Positions 24,168 to 37,000 of a stretch of 57,742 nucleotides of DNA are shown here, in pieces. Every line of letters starts with the position of its first letter. Position 1 is the first letter of the stretch. The position numbers and the translations under genes are program-made. This DNA comes from Blastocystis sp. subtype 4 (Eukaryota): positions 1 to 57,742 of the forward strand of contig NW_014569514.1 of the NCBI RefSeq assembly GCF_000743755.1, written 5' to 3'. The notes under the pieces are model-generated. The model was not told where the DNA came from. It saw only the letters and a program-made list of their open reading frames with translations, and ran no database searches.

Positions 24168-26449
24168 TTAACTTTGGTTGAAGAACATGGCAGTGTAATT
24201 TGGCAAGGGCCAATCATGATAGTCCACAATCTTTTCCAAATTGTCAACATGGAATCGAAGTTCATTCATTGCGGGAATGATATCATCTCTACAGAAGTAA
24301 GAGATCTGCTCCTCATTCTTAATACCGTTAACTGTATCAATGACTTGATTCAGTTTATTCAAGGCCTTAATGGAGTTATTAATCTCTTCAGACATGTACG
24401 ACACATAGGACACCTGATGTGTGATGTCTTGTCCAGGCAAAGCAGCAGACAACGCACTCAAGGATGAAGAGAATTGGGTTTGGGCTCGGAATACTGCAGG
24501 AAGGATTCGTTCGGTACACAATGCACGCATCGTACGAGCTTCAACGAGAATATCCTTATTGTATTGGTCCCACAGAATGCTTTGACGAGACGAAATCTCA
24601 CTGGACTTCATGATTTGCAAGGATGTGAACAACTCAACATTCTTAGGATCGGTCCATGCCTTGATTGCTTCAGGACTAGCGACATTGTTGGGAAGACCCA
24701 GTTCAGCTGCTCTTGAGATCCATTCAGAGGAGTATCCATTACCATTGAAGATAATCCGGTTATGTTTCTTGAGAATATCAGTGACTACCTTCTGAATGGC
24801 ATCATCCAGACATAGAGTCTGCTTGTTACGTAAGATCTCATCAGCAATGAAACGGAGAGAATCAGCCATAATGGAATTAATGACCATATTACTTCGAGCA
24901 GCACTCTGATTCGAACCAACAGCACGAAATTCAAACTTATTGACTGTAAAAGCAAAAGGTGAGGTTCGATTGCGGTCATTACCCTCACGATTGATTGTTG
25001 GAATTGACGTCACACCCAAACAAAGATTTTCATCGCCCATAGTCCGAGCAACACTTGTTTTCTTCATGTAGAGCTCCAGAGCATTACTCACATCTTCACC
25101 CAGATACATTGACATGATAGCAGGAGGAGCTTCGTTTCCTCCAAGACGATGATCATTGGAAGCACTAGTCACACATGCACGAAGCAGGTCACCATACTTG
25201 TCGACAGCACGAATTGAAGCAGCCACTGAGACAATAAATGGAATGTTTTTCTCGGGATGAGGACCCAACTCAAGGAATGTTGGTGTCTCCTTACTGCACA
25301 TGGACCAATTGTTATGTTTACCACTTCCATTCACTCCTTCAAATGGTTTCTCATGGAATAATGCTTTGAGACCATGTCGACGACCCTGCTTCTTCAAGAT
25401 ATCCATTCCTTGGAGATTCTGGTCCGTTGCAAGAATACTGCTACCATACAGAGGAGCGAGTTCGTACTGTCCAGGAGCAACTTCACGATGACGTGTAGTC
25501 GAAGGTATACCAAGCTTCCACATCTGAATCTCCACATCATGAATGAAGTTCAATGATTTTGTTGACATTTCAGCGAAGTACTGATCATGAAGCTCTTGTC
25601 CCTTTGGAGGAGAACAGCCAAACAGAGTTCGTCCGGTAAGCTTGAGGTCCGGTCGCTTATCATAGTACTCTCTCTGGATCAAAAAGAACTCTTGCTCAAT
25701 GCCACAGTTCACATTGATCTCCGTCTGAGGGTGACCAATGATCTTGAACAATCGATCGGCTTCTCGAATCAACACTTCTTGTGATCGAATGAAAGGGATC
25801 TTCTGATCTAGCACATCTCCCGTCCAGGATAGGAACACCGAAGGGATGTAGAGAGTGCCACCGTTATCGTGTTTGACAATCACAGGGTTACTGTTGGGAT
25901 CCCACACTGTAAAGCCGCGAGCCATATGGGTCTCACGCAAACCTCCATTCGGGAATGAAGAGGCATCAGGTTCACCCTTGATCAGCTTCTTGCCAGTGAA
26001 GTTACTCACTGCCTTCCCATTTACCCGAGTAATAACTAAACTTGAGAACCCCATCAAACCTATACAAGCATCTTGTTTCTGGGCCGTCACACCAGAAAGA
26101 GGTTGGAACCAATGACAGAAGTGGGTGACACCAAGTCCTTCGGCCCACTTCATCATAGCTTGAGCAACAACATCAGCCGTCTCCGGATCTAGTTGAATAT
26201 CAGGTTTCTTTCTGGCTTCTAGGACTCGCTGATAGCTGGATATCAAGTTACTTTCGAAATACGTACGCATATTTCGGGACCGACTTCTGAAGCATGTCAT
26301 CGTTGAAGGAGTACATACCAAAGACATCATCAATAAGGACAGAGGAAGAAGAGGAGACCATACGGCGTGTCATTCCAGAGAGAGTCTACCAATGTTCAAC
26401 CTCCAGCTGCTCTTACTGGTCTAGTGAGTAGACGGAGGCTGCTCAGCAT
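24168..26449 (-). CDS. glnN: Glutamine synthetase type III with a putative mitochondrial targeting presequence
   Basis: THFCHWFQPL, GEPDASSFPNGGLR, GIEQEFF, HREVAPGQYE, HEKPFEGVNGSGKHNNWS, HRLGGNEAPPAI, DRNRTSPFAF, FEFRAVG; N-terminus MLSSLRLLTRP/TLSGMTRRMVSS. Confidence 0.95.
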
Positions 26450-27171
26450 GCTGGTTACCAATAAAGAAAATAATGGTTAAGTGGATGATGTCATCATTTG
26501 TAATAGTCAGAAGACTCTTGATAATCAAGCTGGTTGGTTCATACTGGACCGTTTGTTTAACTCCCGACTCATTTGATTGGCTAAGGACTTATTTCTTTTG
26601 TTTCCTAAAAGTGTTCGTATCTCGACAACTCCCACACCATCTGCACCACAATACCACTTGAATTGAAGGCCATATGAAAGAGAACCACCCACCAAAAACG
26701 GGACAATTTTGCATGTTTAAGACTTTTCTTTTTACGATCGAACGAGTTTCGATGTTTTCCGTTCAAATTGCCACGAATACACATATCAACTCATCTAATT
26801 CACGGAAAAGACTCTCACTCCCCTCAGAACGCTCGAACCTCAAAAAGGGGGGCGACTCGCACGATGGTAAGTATATTATGTGTAGTTTGATCCAACAAGT
26901 CTTTTCTGCAAGTAGGAACTTCTTTGAGTTTGTTGGGCGTGATCAACTGGAATATGAAGGATAGAGTTCTGTACAACGGGAGTTCAGAACTAAACGATGG
27001 TCTGAAGAAAATCCATTTTTCATTTGTTCTATCCACTGGTCTGATCACACAATCCATAGTTGGACCTAAAGTTTTGTCCATTTCTTCTATTTTTGGTTTC
27101 CAAACTAATTGTGGTGATAACGGTTGCTGACGTGCGAATGGGGCCTATGGCACCCACTTAGTATTTCGACA

Positions 27172-28416
27172 ATGAGCTCAAGTAGTGAAAATGGAGACAA
27201 ACAGCGAGTTAGAAATCGACGTGTTTCGTTTGATTATGCTCCAAGTGTGATAGATATCCAAATGAATGTTGGGCTATAAATACTGATTCAACATAGAGCC
27301 CACCAATTCTGACGATTCGTAGAAGGCCTAGTCATGTAAACGAGGTAGATTCGTGTTTTGGTCAGATTACATCGTAGCTGTCTATAGAACAGTTATATGA
27401 AGAGGCTCAACGATTGAAGTTGATTACAAGAAAAGATAGCCTGTTGAATATAGGAGGGGGTGATGATCCTAGAGGCGAAAAGCCTAAGAAGAAGCATCAT
27501 AAGAAGAATAGCAAGCATACATCTGGATCTCTTGGTGAATCTAATTCCGAAGCTTCAGATACTGATCCTTTTGTTTTCAGTAAAGAGGGTTTAATTGAAC
27601 AGTGATGGTGATATACTAGACTTTGTGTGTGAGTGTAGCGATGAGGAACTCCGAAGAATGGTCTCAAATGTATGGCGTGATTCCATGTTGGAGCGAATGA
27701 ATCTTGTTGGTATGCCCTACTATCACTCTTTATTTCAGGTTTGGAATATACTGCCGAGAGCTTTGATAATACAAATTTAGAAGAAGTCTATAATCTGTTC
27801 AAAGAGGTCACATATCCTTATACATGAAATATACGATCCCTTCACTGTACCCAATCAGCAGTCATCTACCTATTGTTGGGGAAGGAACACGAAGAGGAGA
27901 TGCAAGATGATATGTATCTATCATTGAATTTCCCTGCGTGTATGACAAAAGCAAATTTGATTCACTCGATCAAAGAGAATGCAGGAGTAGTGAAGAAGAA
28001 GACACGAAGAGAGCTTATTGATGAATTAGAGACAATCATTCTTTTTGCAATTCGTGATGATAGTAGAGGTACGAACCAGATTTAATTCAAAGATAAATGC
28101 AAGGGATATAACCAGTTGTTCTATTCTCCTTCCGAATATGTGGAAACCAACTTCGATGATGATGGAGAACTAAAGAGGGAACTAAAGAAACGAGGACTCC
28201 CTTGTCCTAAGTGAGGAAACAAGAAGATACTGACTTTTAGGAATATGCCTCAGCGCAAGAAGAAACTAATTGCTGTAATACGAAATGAGATGGGTTTGGA
28301 GATGTCTAAAGCGTTTGCTACTGTAACACGACTAGAACTGGAGTTCTTTAGGTATAAATCCTCCAGTGAAGATATCACAGATTTGTTCACACAGCTGTAT
28401 CATATCGTTTCTCAGT
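27172..28416 (+). CDS. Hypothetical protein with an RVxF (PP1-docking-like) motif and a SAP-like segment; contains an AT-AC intron; stop possibly poly(A)-created at T28416
   Basis: MSSSSENGDKQRVRNRRVSF; ELKRELKKRGLP..KKKLIAVI; exons link in frame through short introns. Confidence 0.6.
27812..27850 (+). other. U12-type (minor spliceosome) AT-AC intron, 39 nt
   Basis: 5' ATATCCTT, branch-point-like TCCCTTCAC, 3' AC; removal deletes an in-frame TGA and restores EVT/QSAVIYLLLGKEHEE. Confidence 0.8.
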
Positions 28417-28453
28417 ATCCTGTTTCTTGCAACAAAACAACATACAGTAACAT

Positions 28454-29831
28454 TCAATAATCCTTAACAAAGTAGGTCTCACCACATTGGCACTGACATT
28501 GGTTCCCCACACTCTGACAATAGCATGGCTGATCTTTATTTACATGAACATAGTCAATTCCACATGATACTTCAGCAACAGTAAATATATGACCACTCAC
28601 TCCCTTAACCAATGTGTTTCCAGCTAAATCTTTAAAGGCATTCTCACCAAAGGACATCGAGTACATTCCAGGCTCGAATTCCTCAGAGGGCTTTATCATA
28701 CACTCGTCATTGGAACAGGAAACCTCTTTAGAACTCTGAATATTCACCTCGATGTTGTTTTTCTCACCTGTAAACGAGATGACTCCAGCATTTGGAACCA
28801 CCATCTCACTAAAGGCAATACGAATTACAACCTTCTTAGGAACATTTGTCTTAAAGTTCTTGGGATGGACGAACAGAATGTAGGGCTTGTCACTGTCTAT
28901 CAATCAATTCTCAATCACAATATCACCAGACTCCACCGTGAAGAAATAATCATTTCTTGTACCACACTTGCTTCCACTCTGGCTGAGAACAATACCAGCA
29001 TTAAATATCACTTGGTACTTTTGCAGACCCACAAGATTGAGGTCATAGATCACAATCGACATATGATCTGGACCCAACACAACGTGCTTTGTGTCGGTTA
29101 CATCGACAGTAACACTGCTACGAGGATGATCCATCACAGAGTGAAATTCAATTGTTCCCATACCAATGTGAACAATTGAATCAAAAGCAATTGTCACGGT
29201 AGGCTTCATTGGAATATCAACAGCATCGAATGGAGGATAACACCTGGAAGGAACCACATTAGCAGCAAAATCTATATGTCAGCAAGCATCTTCAGCTACT
29301 ACCACTGATCGTGTAAAAAACGATACTCTTATATTCTAGGCCAAAGGCCTTCTCATTGATGCCAATTCCCTTGATACTAGATAAGGTCTTAATGGTATTT
29401 CCTTCAAGACGCTGAGATAGATAAAACACATAAGCAGTATCAGGTTCAAGCACATCACCAAGACAACTAACAATAGGGAACTCCAAAGTGTATTCATTCA
29501 CCATTTTGATACAAGAGGCAGGAATCTCTGTCGAAGTACCTCTAATCTGGTTTAGAAGATAGAAGAAGCCTGAAAAACTTTGAGAAGAAGGAACAGCATC
29601 ACTGAATTGAAGGTGAATCGTAGTATCAAGAAGTACGTTTACAGCCGACTGGGACGGTGAATACTTTTTAATATAAAACTCGTTACTATCTATAATATAA
29701 GTAAAAATCCAAATAAACGTACCAGACTCAAATGTAATAGGATCTTCACAGTTCACATCATCAGCACTGCAAGAAGATTGGGCAACTGATGCAAGGCAAA
29801 TGAGGGCCAGAACTATGGTAATACTCTTCAT
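28454..29831 (-). CDS. Secreted protein with about 3 SbsA/Big_5-type Ig-like domains and a six-Cys C-terminal module
   Basis: Signal peptide MKSITIVLALICLASVAQS; repeats P..S..NV....I.LQFS / P....V....V.IAF / FKDLAGN; C-terminus CGIDYV..N....CYC......CQCQCG. Confidence 0.8.
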
Positions 29832-29984
29832 GGCTAACCGAGATTTGACCTAAGGATAAACTAACGTCCCACTTAAAATATGTCCCCTATTTATACAGGA
29901 AGAAACTACCGTAATTCGGGTAATACCAATATTATTACCGGATTATTTATCGACTTCAATTCTCTTTGCATATTTCTAGCGGAA

Positions 29985-31797
29985 ATGATCGTTCCGAAAC
30001 ATGACGGATACTCAGTCGTCAACTTGATGATGGACATGTTCCTCGTGAATTGGCAATGGACTCACTCGTAGGGTTATGGTCATGTCCATTGTAGTCTTTT
30101 TAAATGTTTCTCTTCGATTAGCGCCAGAAACTGTGACATTTATCATGCGAAGTTGATGAAATAGGCACTGATAAAGAAGATTACATCGACAGCGTCACCT
30201 ATTACACGATTGTATGAAAGGATGTATTATCCTTCGGTTCAAGATCGAGCCATGAAGCTTGTTTCCGACTCGGGGGCTAAACAAACACAAATTCGGATTG
30301 GAACAGTAGCAGAGGTGAAAAAAACGACGAATGCATCATCTGTTCCGTATTTCATTCGTAAGAGCGTCTTTGAAGTAGCAAAAGCCAAACAACTTATTTC
30401 CTCTGCTACTACTGTGGAAAATATCGATGTTCCTGCATTGATTCGTCACTCTGCCACCATCAAGAAGTACTATGGGAATAATGAAGAAGCGTACGTTCCT
30501 CCAAAGGGTTGTACTGTTTATATATATTCTTTGAAAGCTAGTTATTCACAATGATGCTTATCCTTATGATATCTCGCTAGTAACCGTGATTCGGTTTGTA
30601 TTTCCTCGTGTTTTGATCTCTAGAATCTCTGATATCGATAGAATTGTCAAGATGAGCAACTACTGGTCAGGGTACTTTTATGTCACCTTCATTAGAATTA
30701 GACCGATCAATGTCTGTATCTTTGCTGAGGACTATTCTTCTTCCTATCCAACCATTCAATATGTCTTGTCCTCGGATGCCTTTCAAAGCCGAATCACTCT
30801 TACTGTCGTGTATTCTGATTTCTACAATGTGCTATTCCCTGCCAATATGTTGAAAAACATCGCTATCTCTACTGTCTTTACTACACATTTCATTGAAATT
30901 GATTCTACCATGCTTCCTTCTTGTTTCAATTCCTTCTTGATTTAATTTTTAGCTCTTCTTTATGATAAATTGAGAAAGATTCCGGTGACAGTTCTGTATG
31001 AGCCGATTAATCTTGTGACTATTCCTGTGTTTTACACAAAGGAGTGATGATGAAAGACTAGAATAACTTGTAGAGAGGCTGATATTGGAAATATTAGACA
31101 GTGTCTTCGTGAGAAGAAATGTTTCCCAAAGTACTTATCAGTGATGGTTTGAATGATCGATGTGGATAATTCTTAGAAGGAATGGTTGGAACCTAGTTCT
31201 GCTTCCTCTTTTATGGGACAAATGAGTGATTTGGAATCAAATTCTGTCTAGTTGGCTTCAGGCGAGTCTATAATTCCTAGTTATATGATGCGTCGTCACA
31301 ATTCCTTCGATATTCTCTATGATGAGAACTTTCTCATGAGAGGATATGATGATGTGGAATTGGTTCAACACTTGTACCATGAGAGTACAGGATCAGAAAA
31401 AGTATGAGGTTTAGAGTTTGTTTTCTACTTGCTTATGGATGAGTATTTCCTGGATTACTCCATTCGGTTGTAGGGGATGAAATTGAAGACAAAATCTAGG
31501 GAGGTTGAAAATGCCGTACTACAGAAGGATCCCGAGTTTAAGGCTCAATATGAAGAGTTCCTCAGTCATATCCCAGAAAGAGAATCTGGAATTGAAGCTG
31601 GATCTATCGAAACAGATCCATTACTTGCTGCATATGTAGAGTATTGGAGAAAAGATCAGGAGATGAGAGAGAAGGAGGAGAATGAATTGACTCATCTTTT
31701 AAATACACAGAAGAATCATTTTGATCTTCTAACCTGGGATCGACGGGTTACAGAGATTGTGTCAAACCGAGAAACACGAAGGAAAGAAAGTTATTAA
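29985..31797 (+). CDS. GT49 (LARGE/B4GAT1-like) glycosyltransferase; start approximate
   Basis: DISLVT..SDIDRI...WSG/PINVCIF; FPANMLKNIAI...TTHFIEIDSTMLPS; EP..M...YDENFLMRGYDDVELVQHL. Confidence 0.7.
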
Positions 31798-31847
31798 TGT
31801 GATTGTTATGTACTATTGTTTGTAACAGTTCCTTCGTTCATCATAGA

Positions 31848-33836
31848 ATGCTTCGGTTCCTTTCACGATTCGGGGAATCTGCTAAAGGAAGACGATTCTT
31901 CTCTGGATATTTACCGTCTGGGATAAGAAAAATGCCTACAAACCGGTTTCATCTGAGAGGGACTCTTCCAGGCTTTCAAGAAGTGAATCGGAACTTACCA
32001 CTTGCTTTTACGCAAATTCGATCTGTTTCATCCATTCATAAGAAGTACATGAAGATTGAGTAGCGACAGTATCCTAGTATTACGCCTAGTGTAAAGAAAA
32101 AGAAGGAGCGAAAGGAGAAAATGCCGAAAGTTGTCCAAATGAAGCATTTCTCGGTTGCTTTAGTTGGAAGAACGAATGTTGGCAAATCTACCTTATTTAA
32201 TCGACTTGTCGGGAGAAAAGATGCTCTTGTGAGCAAAGAGGCTGGAACAACTCGGGATCGCAGAGAGGGTTTAGCTCATATTAGTGGATTGGAATTCACA
32301 TTGATCGATACTGGTGGTTATGTTGTTAGCAATAAGGACATTTCGATGACAGAACAACAGATTAACAAACAAACCGAATATGCGGTTGAGAAAGCAGATA
32401 TCATATTTTTCCTTATCGATGGAAAGGTTGGAATTACTGGAGAGGATCGTGGAATTGCGGCGTAAGATTTGAGGAGTGGATTAAGGAGTAGTTGGCTAAG
32501 AACCAAACAGAGCGTTAATAATTTCCCAATCTATGTCGTCGTGAACAAGGTAAGAGAAGAATTTTAGATGATATGTAGACGGAAGGACTCTTTACGAAAG
32601 TAGATGCTAATGGAGACTGTGCTCCTTGGGAAGACATGAAAGCCCAAATCTATGAACTAGGTTTAGGTGAACCTATTGGTGTCTCGGCAGAACATGGAGA
32701 TGGTCTCTTAGACATCTTTGATGTTTTGTACCCATATGGAGACTTGCTTAATTTACGAAAGAAAGAGGATCGAGAACGATATGAAGCCAGTCAGCAGCAA
32801 ATTTCAACCGATACACAACCATATGACATTCGATTTAATGTAGATGCAGTTGGAATTCTTTTGGAGATTGAGATTTAGGAGGAAAAGGATCGTGATGATG
32901 AGATTCTTCAACTCACAATTCTTGGGATCCCAAACAGTGGAAAATCCACCTTATTGAACACTTTATTAAAGACTGATCGATTTATTACTGGAAGTATTCC
33001 TGGATTGACACGGGATACAGTTAGTACTGAAGTTGAGTATAAAGGACGTAAGATTCGACTTGTTGACACTCCTGGTATTCCAAAAGCAGATGGTGTGTTG
33101 CCTCCATCACTCAATTCGCTCAGCATCTATCATGCTCACAAACAGCTAGATTATGCTCATGTTGTTGCTCTGATTCTGGACGGAAGTCGAATTCTCACAA
33201 AGCATGATCTGGCTCTTGCTAAGGAGATTCTCGATAAGGGTCGAGGTCTCTTCATCGTTCTGAATAAGAGTGATGTGATGCAGTCGACGGCGGTTGCTAA
33301 GAAGCAGCTGGTCACCTACATCGATCGTTACATCCCAATGGTATGATTTGAAGAGTGGATGGAACTTAGGCTGGAAAAGTACCTTCTATCGTTGTATCAG
33401 CACTCTATGGGAAGGGAACAGATGCAGTGTACCCACTAGCTTTAGATGTGTTTGATCGCTGGCGAACTCGGATTTCAACGGGTATTCTCAATCGATGGTT
33501 GGAGGCTGTGACCTTCCGACATCCTCCTCCACGAACAAGTACTGGAAAGGAGGTAAAGTTAAAGTTAGTCTGAGGGATCAGATTGATTCATAGATATCTA
33601 ACGCAAACGAAAGCGAGACCACCAAGCTTTGTATTATTTAGCAATGTGAAAGACATTGACCGAACCTATCTTCGATACCTAAGTTCCTGCTTACGGGAGG
33701 AATTCAACTTGGATGGAATTCCGATTCGAATTTTTGTAAGAACAGGCGATAATCCCTACACAGTAGGTATCGTATTTTTTCGTAACGTTAAGAGCCACAA
33801 AGTCTGAAAAACCAAAGGGCAACTGTCTTTTACTAG
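31848..33836 (+). CDS. der: Der/EngA double GTPase, organelle-targeted (stop at 33807 or 33836 depending on the last acceptor)
   Basis: GRTNVGKSTLFNRL, GTTRDR, DTGG, VNK, SAEHG; GIPNSGKST, GLTRD, DTPG, LNKSD; YLTQTKARPPSF..YLRYL..LREEF.LDGIPIR; Arg/Phe-rich presequence. Confidence 0.93.
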
Positions 33837-34040
33837 TCTTGTTTGTTTCAATCGAGAATGGAAAAACTGTGGCTGCAAAAGAATTACGGGAATTTTTAAA
33901 CACTATGCGAACTTGGGTGATGAATCGTCTTACCTGAGAAATGGTTCTTTTACCAGATTTTCTAAGATAGAACATTTACTAACAAGGACAATGTTTTCTG
34001 TAGGAGCGAGATGCTGTTTTTGTGGTTTCTTACCTTCTAG

Positions 34041-37000
34041 ATGATACTTGTTGCGTTGTTGCTTCTATCGTGTTCTACAGCTTTTACAGTACAGTGTACG
34101 ACTCCTGATATGAATACCTATTCACCTCAGGTTTCGTTTGTCTGTACCTTCTCTGAGTCTGTCTCTTTGAATCATGTGGAGAGAATCTTTGTTCCTAGCC
34201 TTGTATCAGTTTCTCCTCTTAGTGGAGAACATACTGTTTACACGGTTGTTGCTGAGGTGCAAGATGACACTCTCGGAGAAATTTCTCTCCTTCTGGGAGA
34301 GGGCGCTTTCGTCAAGGGTGAAGAGCGTTCTCCTGAGTATATGGTGACAGTTACTTGTTCTAACTGTGTTTTGGGTCTCATGTCTAGATGATTTTGTATA
34401 TGAACATGTCGATGTTGTTGCTACTATCAACCATCTTTCTGATAGACCTGATTTCGCTATCATTTACATCTCTGGAGGAATGACGGTTCGTCCAAACTTC
34501 CAAAGCATTAGCGAAATTGCTGTTCTTCCTCCAAGTGTGGACGTGATTAGTGTTGAAGCGACCCTAACCTCGTATGTGGTCAAGGTGTTCGTGAATGATC
34601 CCAATTCTCTGCGTGAGGCTACCATTCGGATCAAGGAAGGAGTGATCAGTTCATACTGGGGTCAGAAAACTAATATGGAGAAGGATGTGTCTATTGATGT
34701 GCCTCCTCTGGATCATAGTGAATCTACTTTCAAACTTTGGCCCACCTATGGAACGATTTACACTTCTTCGGATGAGTTCCGCTATCCTATTCCTACTGGT
34801 GGTTGTTCTGTTGATGTACAGTCATTCTCTGGAACGAATATTGAAATCGTGCGTGTCGAGAATGATGAGGTCTCACAGTATCTGGTTGCTCGTTTAATGG
34901 ACCCTTCGATCCCTGGTGGCATTAGCTTCATTGGTTATGCCCCTGACACTTGCACTTCGTACAACTATCCTGTGGAGCCGAGCGTGATGGTTGTGAAGGA
35001 AGCAGTGCCTACATATGAGATTACTTACAAGACCGGTACCTCTGGATGTGTGGATGTGAATGTACTCTTCAGTGCTCCTGTCAAGTTTGTGTCCGATGCC
35101 TATTTCAATATTACTTCTGTCTCTCAAGTGGCTCCATATGTGATAAGTACTCCAGTACATCCTGCAGGTCCTGAACACTATTTTGGCCTGGAAGCCACGA
35201 TGTGTATTAGTTCTACAAGCGATACTTTGTTGGTCTCGATGAATCGTGATGCTGTGAAGACTCCTTCTGGTGCTCTGATCCCTGAGCAGGAACCCATCTC
35301 TATCTTGGTATCGAAGTTGACTCTGGTTGTGAGACTGCTTCCTGACGACCTTCCTGAGTCCTCTCAGAACATGACTTACGTCATCCGTCAGCCGACTGTT
35401 ACCTTGTCCTTCGGCACTGACACTGATTCCTCTATTAACATGAATCGTTGTGACTTCTCGAAGGCTTTCACTTCTGACTATAACGTTGCTCTGTCAGTGA
35501 CTATGGAAACCTCGCGTCTGAGAGTGGCTGCTACTACCGAAGCTATCGATCACCATGTGATTGCCTTCCATGCCGATCGTGTTACTTGCAGTGGTTCCTT
35601 CACTGTTGAGTTCCTTACCCAAGAGTTCAAGTATGCCTATGATCCTCCCTTCCGTCCTGGTGACATTATCATCACTCGTGTCAATTCATATTACTCTGCT
35701 GAGTTCGACTTTGTGCCTCTTCGTAAGATTTTCTCATGGAACAAGATCTACTTCACTGATGCTGGTTGGGTGAACGAATATTATGGATTCATTGATCATG
35801 GTTCTGATGGTTACATCAGCTGGACTCCTAAGACTGATGTGAATGCAGGTACGGTTCAGCAGTGGAGTTATAAGGCTATGACCGACAAACTGGATCCTGA
35901 GATTCCTTTCGTCGTGAACACGGAGTATTCCTTCAACTATGAGCAACATGGTTTCCTGTTAGATTTCCAGGATAACTTGTTCATTTATGCAACTGGCAGT
36001 TGTGATACGAACTCTGTTTATGATGACTTCGGCCATATCAAATTCATTTTCGGTGTGTACTGGTCGTCTTCAGAATGGGCTCCTGAGACCTTCAATTACT
36101 TGGACATCACCTCTGAGTATTCTGCATTACCTCAGGTTCTGACCAATTATAGTATTGCTCTGGGCTTGGAGTCTAAACCTGTCCCTCGTGGAGTGAACTA
36201 TATGTCAATTGATCAAAATCACTTCTTCACTTTCACGTATACGTACTATCACATCATTGAGATGATTGTCGATAAGCAGAACTGGTTGACATCTCAGAAG
36301 GATCGATTCATAACAGCACCTCAAATCGCCTACATGGAACGTCCTATGGATTTCACAGTGGAGCAGGTCGATACAAGTGTCTGTTTCAACTTCGTGACAC
36401 CGTATACAGTCACACGGAATGTGGACATTGCAACGTGGAATATGTCGAGAATACGTCTCTACTTCAACGACGAGCCTTTGATCCCTGAGATTACTTACTC
36501 ATCTGCTGGTTATTGTGTGAACTATGGTAATCTTACGACGGAGGGTATAGTTCGTCTGGAGATGGAGAAGGGAGCTTTCGTCTATACAACAACCTCTACA
36601 AAGACTCCTGTGTCATTTGAGTGTGTGGCCTACAGCATGGAGATTATGATATATAATGTCCCTGAACTCATTGTGGACTACGCGACGGACTCTGTACTTC
36701 AGAAGGTGACTATCACATCCACTATTCCTTGTGTTGAGTGGGGATTCATCTCTGCATTCAACAGCAGGGCTGTACATATTTCTCAGTCCTCGACAGAGAC
36801 CGTTTTGGCTTTCACTGCTGTGGATGCAGGTGCGAAACTCTATCTTGATAATGGTTTCTGTAAGACTGCAGGACAGCGGGAGTCTGAACGACTTCTCCTT
36901 CCCACTCTCACGGTGGCTCCTATGTCTGGTCGCGAGACAATATTGCGTGAGGCCTTCTTTAAGGAGGTATTGAGCAAGCATGAGGTGAACACGATTAGTG

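Noticed and set aside
26720..26874. ATACTTACC on the minus strand resembling the U1 snRNA 5' end
   Set aside because: Not followed by TGG, and no U1-70K or U1A loop motifs are visible.
28415..28475. Possible U12 GT-AG intron (GTATCCTG ... TCCTTAAC ... AG)
   Set aside because: The branch-like sequence is the antisense of the neighbour's FVKD codons, the donor is imperfect, and splicing would drive the gene deep into the convergent CDS; a poly(A)-made stop at 28416 is simpler.
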